In this document: one piece after another, positions 62,750 to 64,000 of the stretch | Layout: each line of letters opens with the position of its first letter | Position numbering within the stretch: the first letter of the stretch is position 1 | DNA from: Mustelus asterias | Taxonomy: Eukaryota | Direction: 5' to 3' | Assembly (NCBI RefSeq): GCF_964213995.1 | Contig: NC_135804.1 | Coordinates: 26,846,001 to 26,910,000 of the forward strand | DNA length: 64,000 nucleotides | Position numbers and translations under genes: made by a program | Notes under the pieces: model-generated | What the model saw: the letters and a program-made list of their open reading frames with translations, nothing else | Databases searched by the model: none | Told to the model about the DNA's origin: nothing

Positions 62750-63872
62750 GGCAAGGCTTCGAGAAAAAGTGAGAGGGCATGGGATCCAAGGGACTCCTGC
62801 CCTGTGGATCCAGAACTGGCTTGCCCAAAGGAGGCACAGAGTGGGTATAGATGGGTCTTTTTCTAAATGGAGGTCGGTCACCAGTGGTGTGCCCCAGGGA
62901 TCTGTTCTGGGACCCTTGCTGTTTGTCATTTTCATAAATGACCTAGATGAGGAAGTGGAGGGATGGGTTGGTAAGTTTGCCGACGACACGAAGGTTGGTG
63001 GGGTTGTGGATAGTCTGGAGGGATGTCAGAAGTTACAGAGGGACATAGATAGGATGCAAGACTGGGCGGAGAAGTGGCAGATGGACTTCAACCCAGATAA
63101 ATGCATCGTGGTCCATTTTGGCAGGTCAAATGGGATGAAGGAGTACAATATTAAGGGAAAGACTCTTAGTACTGTGGAGGATCAGAAGGACCTTGGGGTC
63201 CGAGTCCATAGGACTCTAAAATCGACCCCGCAGGTGGAGGAGGTGGTTAAGAAGGCGTATGGTGTGCTGGCCTTTATCAATCGAGGGATTGAGTTTAGGA
63301 GTCCGGGGATAATGATGCAGCTATATAAGACCCTCATCAGACCCCACTTGGAGTACTGTGCTCAGTTCTGGTCGCCTCACTATAGGAAGGATGTGGAAAA
63401 GATTGAAAGGGTGCAGAGGAGATTTACAAGGATGTTGCCTGGATTGAGTGGCATGCCTTATGAGGATAGGCTGAGGGAGCTCGGTCTTTTCTCCTTGGAG
63501 AGACGTAGGATGAGAGGAGACCTAATAGAGGTATATAAGATGTTGAGAGGCATAGATCGGGTGGACTCTCAGAGGCTTTTTCCCAGGGTGGAGATGGCTG
63601 CTATGAGAGGACACAGGTTTAAGGTGCTGGGGGGTAGGTACAGGGGAAATGTTAGGGGGAAGTTTTTCACACAGAGGGTGGTGGGCGAGTGGAATCGGCT
63701 GCCGTCAGTGGTGGTGGAGGCAAACTCAATAGGGTCTTTTAAGAAACTCCTGGATGAGTACATGGGACTTAATAGGATGGAGGGTTATAGGTAGGTCTAA
63801 AAGGTAGGGATGTATTCGGCACAACTTGTGGGGCCGAAGGGCCTGTTTTGTGCTGTAGTTTTCTATGTTTCT
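62750..63872 (+). mobile_element. CR1 LINE, 5'-truncated (same subfamily as the 39-42 kb copy)
   Basis: RT C-terminal ORF 62769-63794 and CR1 3' end. Confidence 0.92.
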
Positions 63873-64000
63873 AAAAACGGGTTCTGAGGCACCACTGGTG
63901 CCAGCACTATGGAAGCCGTAAGTGAAGCAGTGCTTTAGGTCACCTCGGTGTGGCCTGTGTGGCCCACAATTGGTGGGAAGAATGCAAGCACTGGCGACCT

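Overview
Vertebrate (elasmobranch shark, judged from abundant HE1-type V-SINEs and Deu-domain SINEs) genomic DNA carrying two minus-strand protein-coding genes. DEF8 is complete: 11 coding exons, 36660->14737, 445 aa, with one probable GC-AG intron and a CpG/CCAAT-minisatellite putative promoter at ~47.2-47.9 kb. The first four coding exons of an m-AAA protease subunit gene (AFG3L1 by synteny) start at 6450 in a CpG island. The rest is a dense retroelement landscape: several young CR1 LINEs (one with an intact 970-aa ORF2), a degenerate Gypsy LTR element with CR1s nested in its 3' LTR, L2, Rex/Babar and L1-like relics, about 14 HE1 SINEs, and many Penelope-derived insertions with minimal hammerhead ribozymes and fold-back ends. 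The most unusual observations are: (1) a 320-bp TSD-flanked retroposon built from a U2 snRNA head plus a chain of stem-loops (48434-48753); (2) tiny Penelope hairpin insertions whose fold-back point falls at or near the predicted hammerhead cleavage site; (3) a mobile 460-nt structured module in CR1 3' UTRs; (4) a conserved T-TTA-AAC slippery site joining CR1 ORF1 to ORF2 in the -1 frame; (5) a 17-unit, 30-bp CCAAT array at the DEF8 5' end. All calls were made by eye; novelty claims need database checks.
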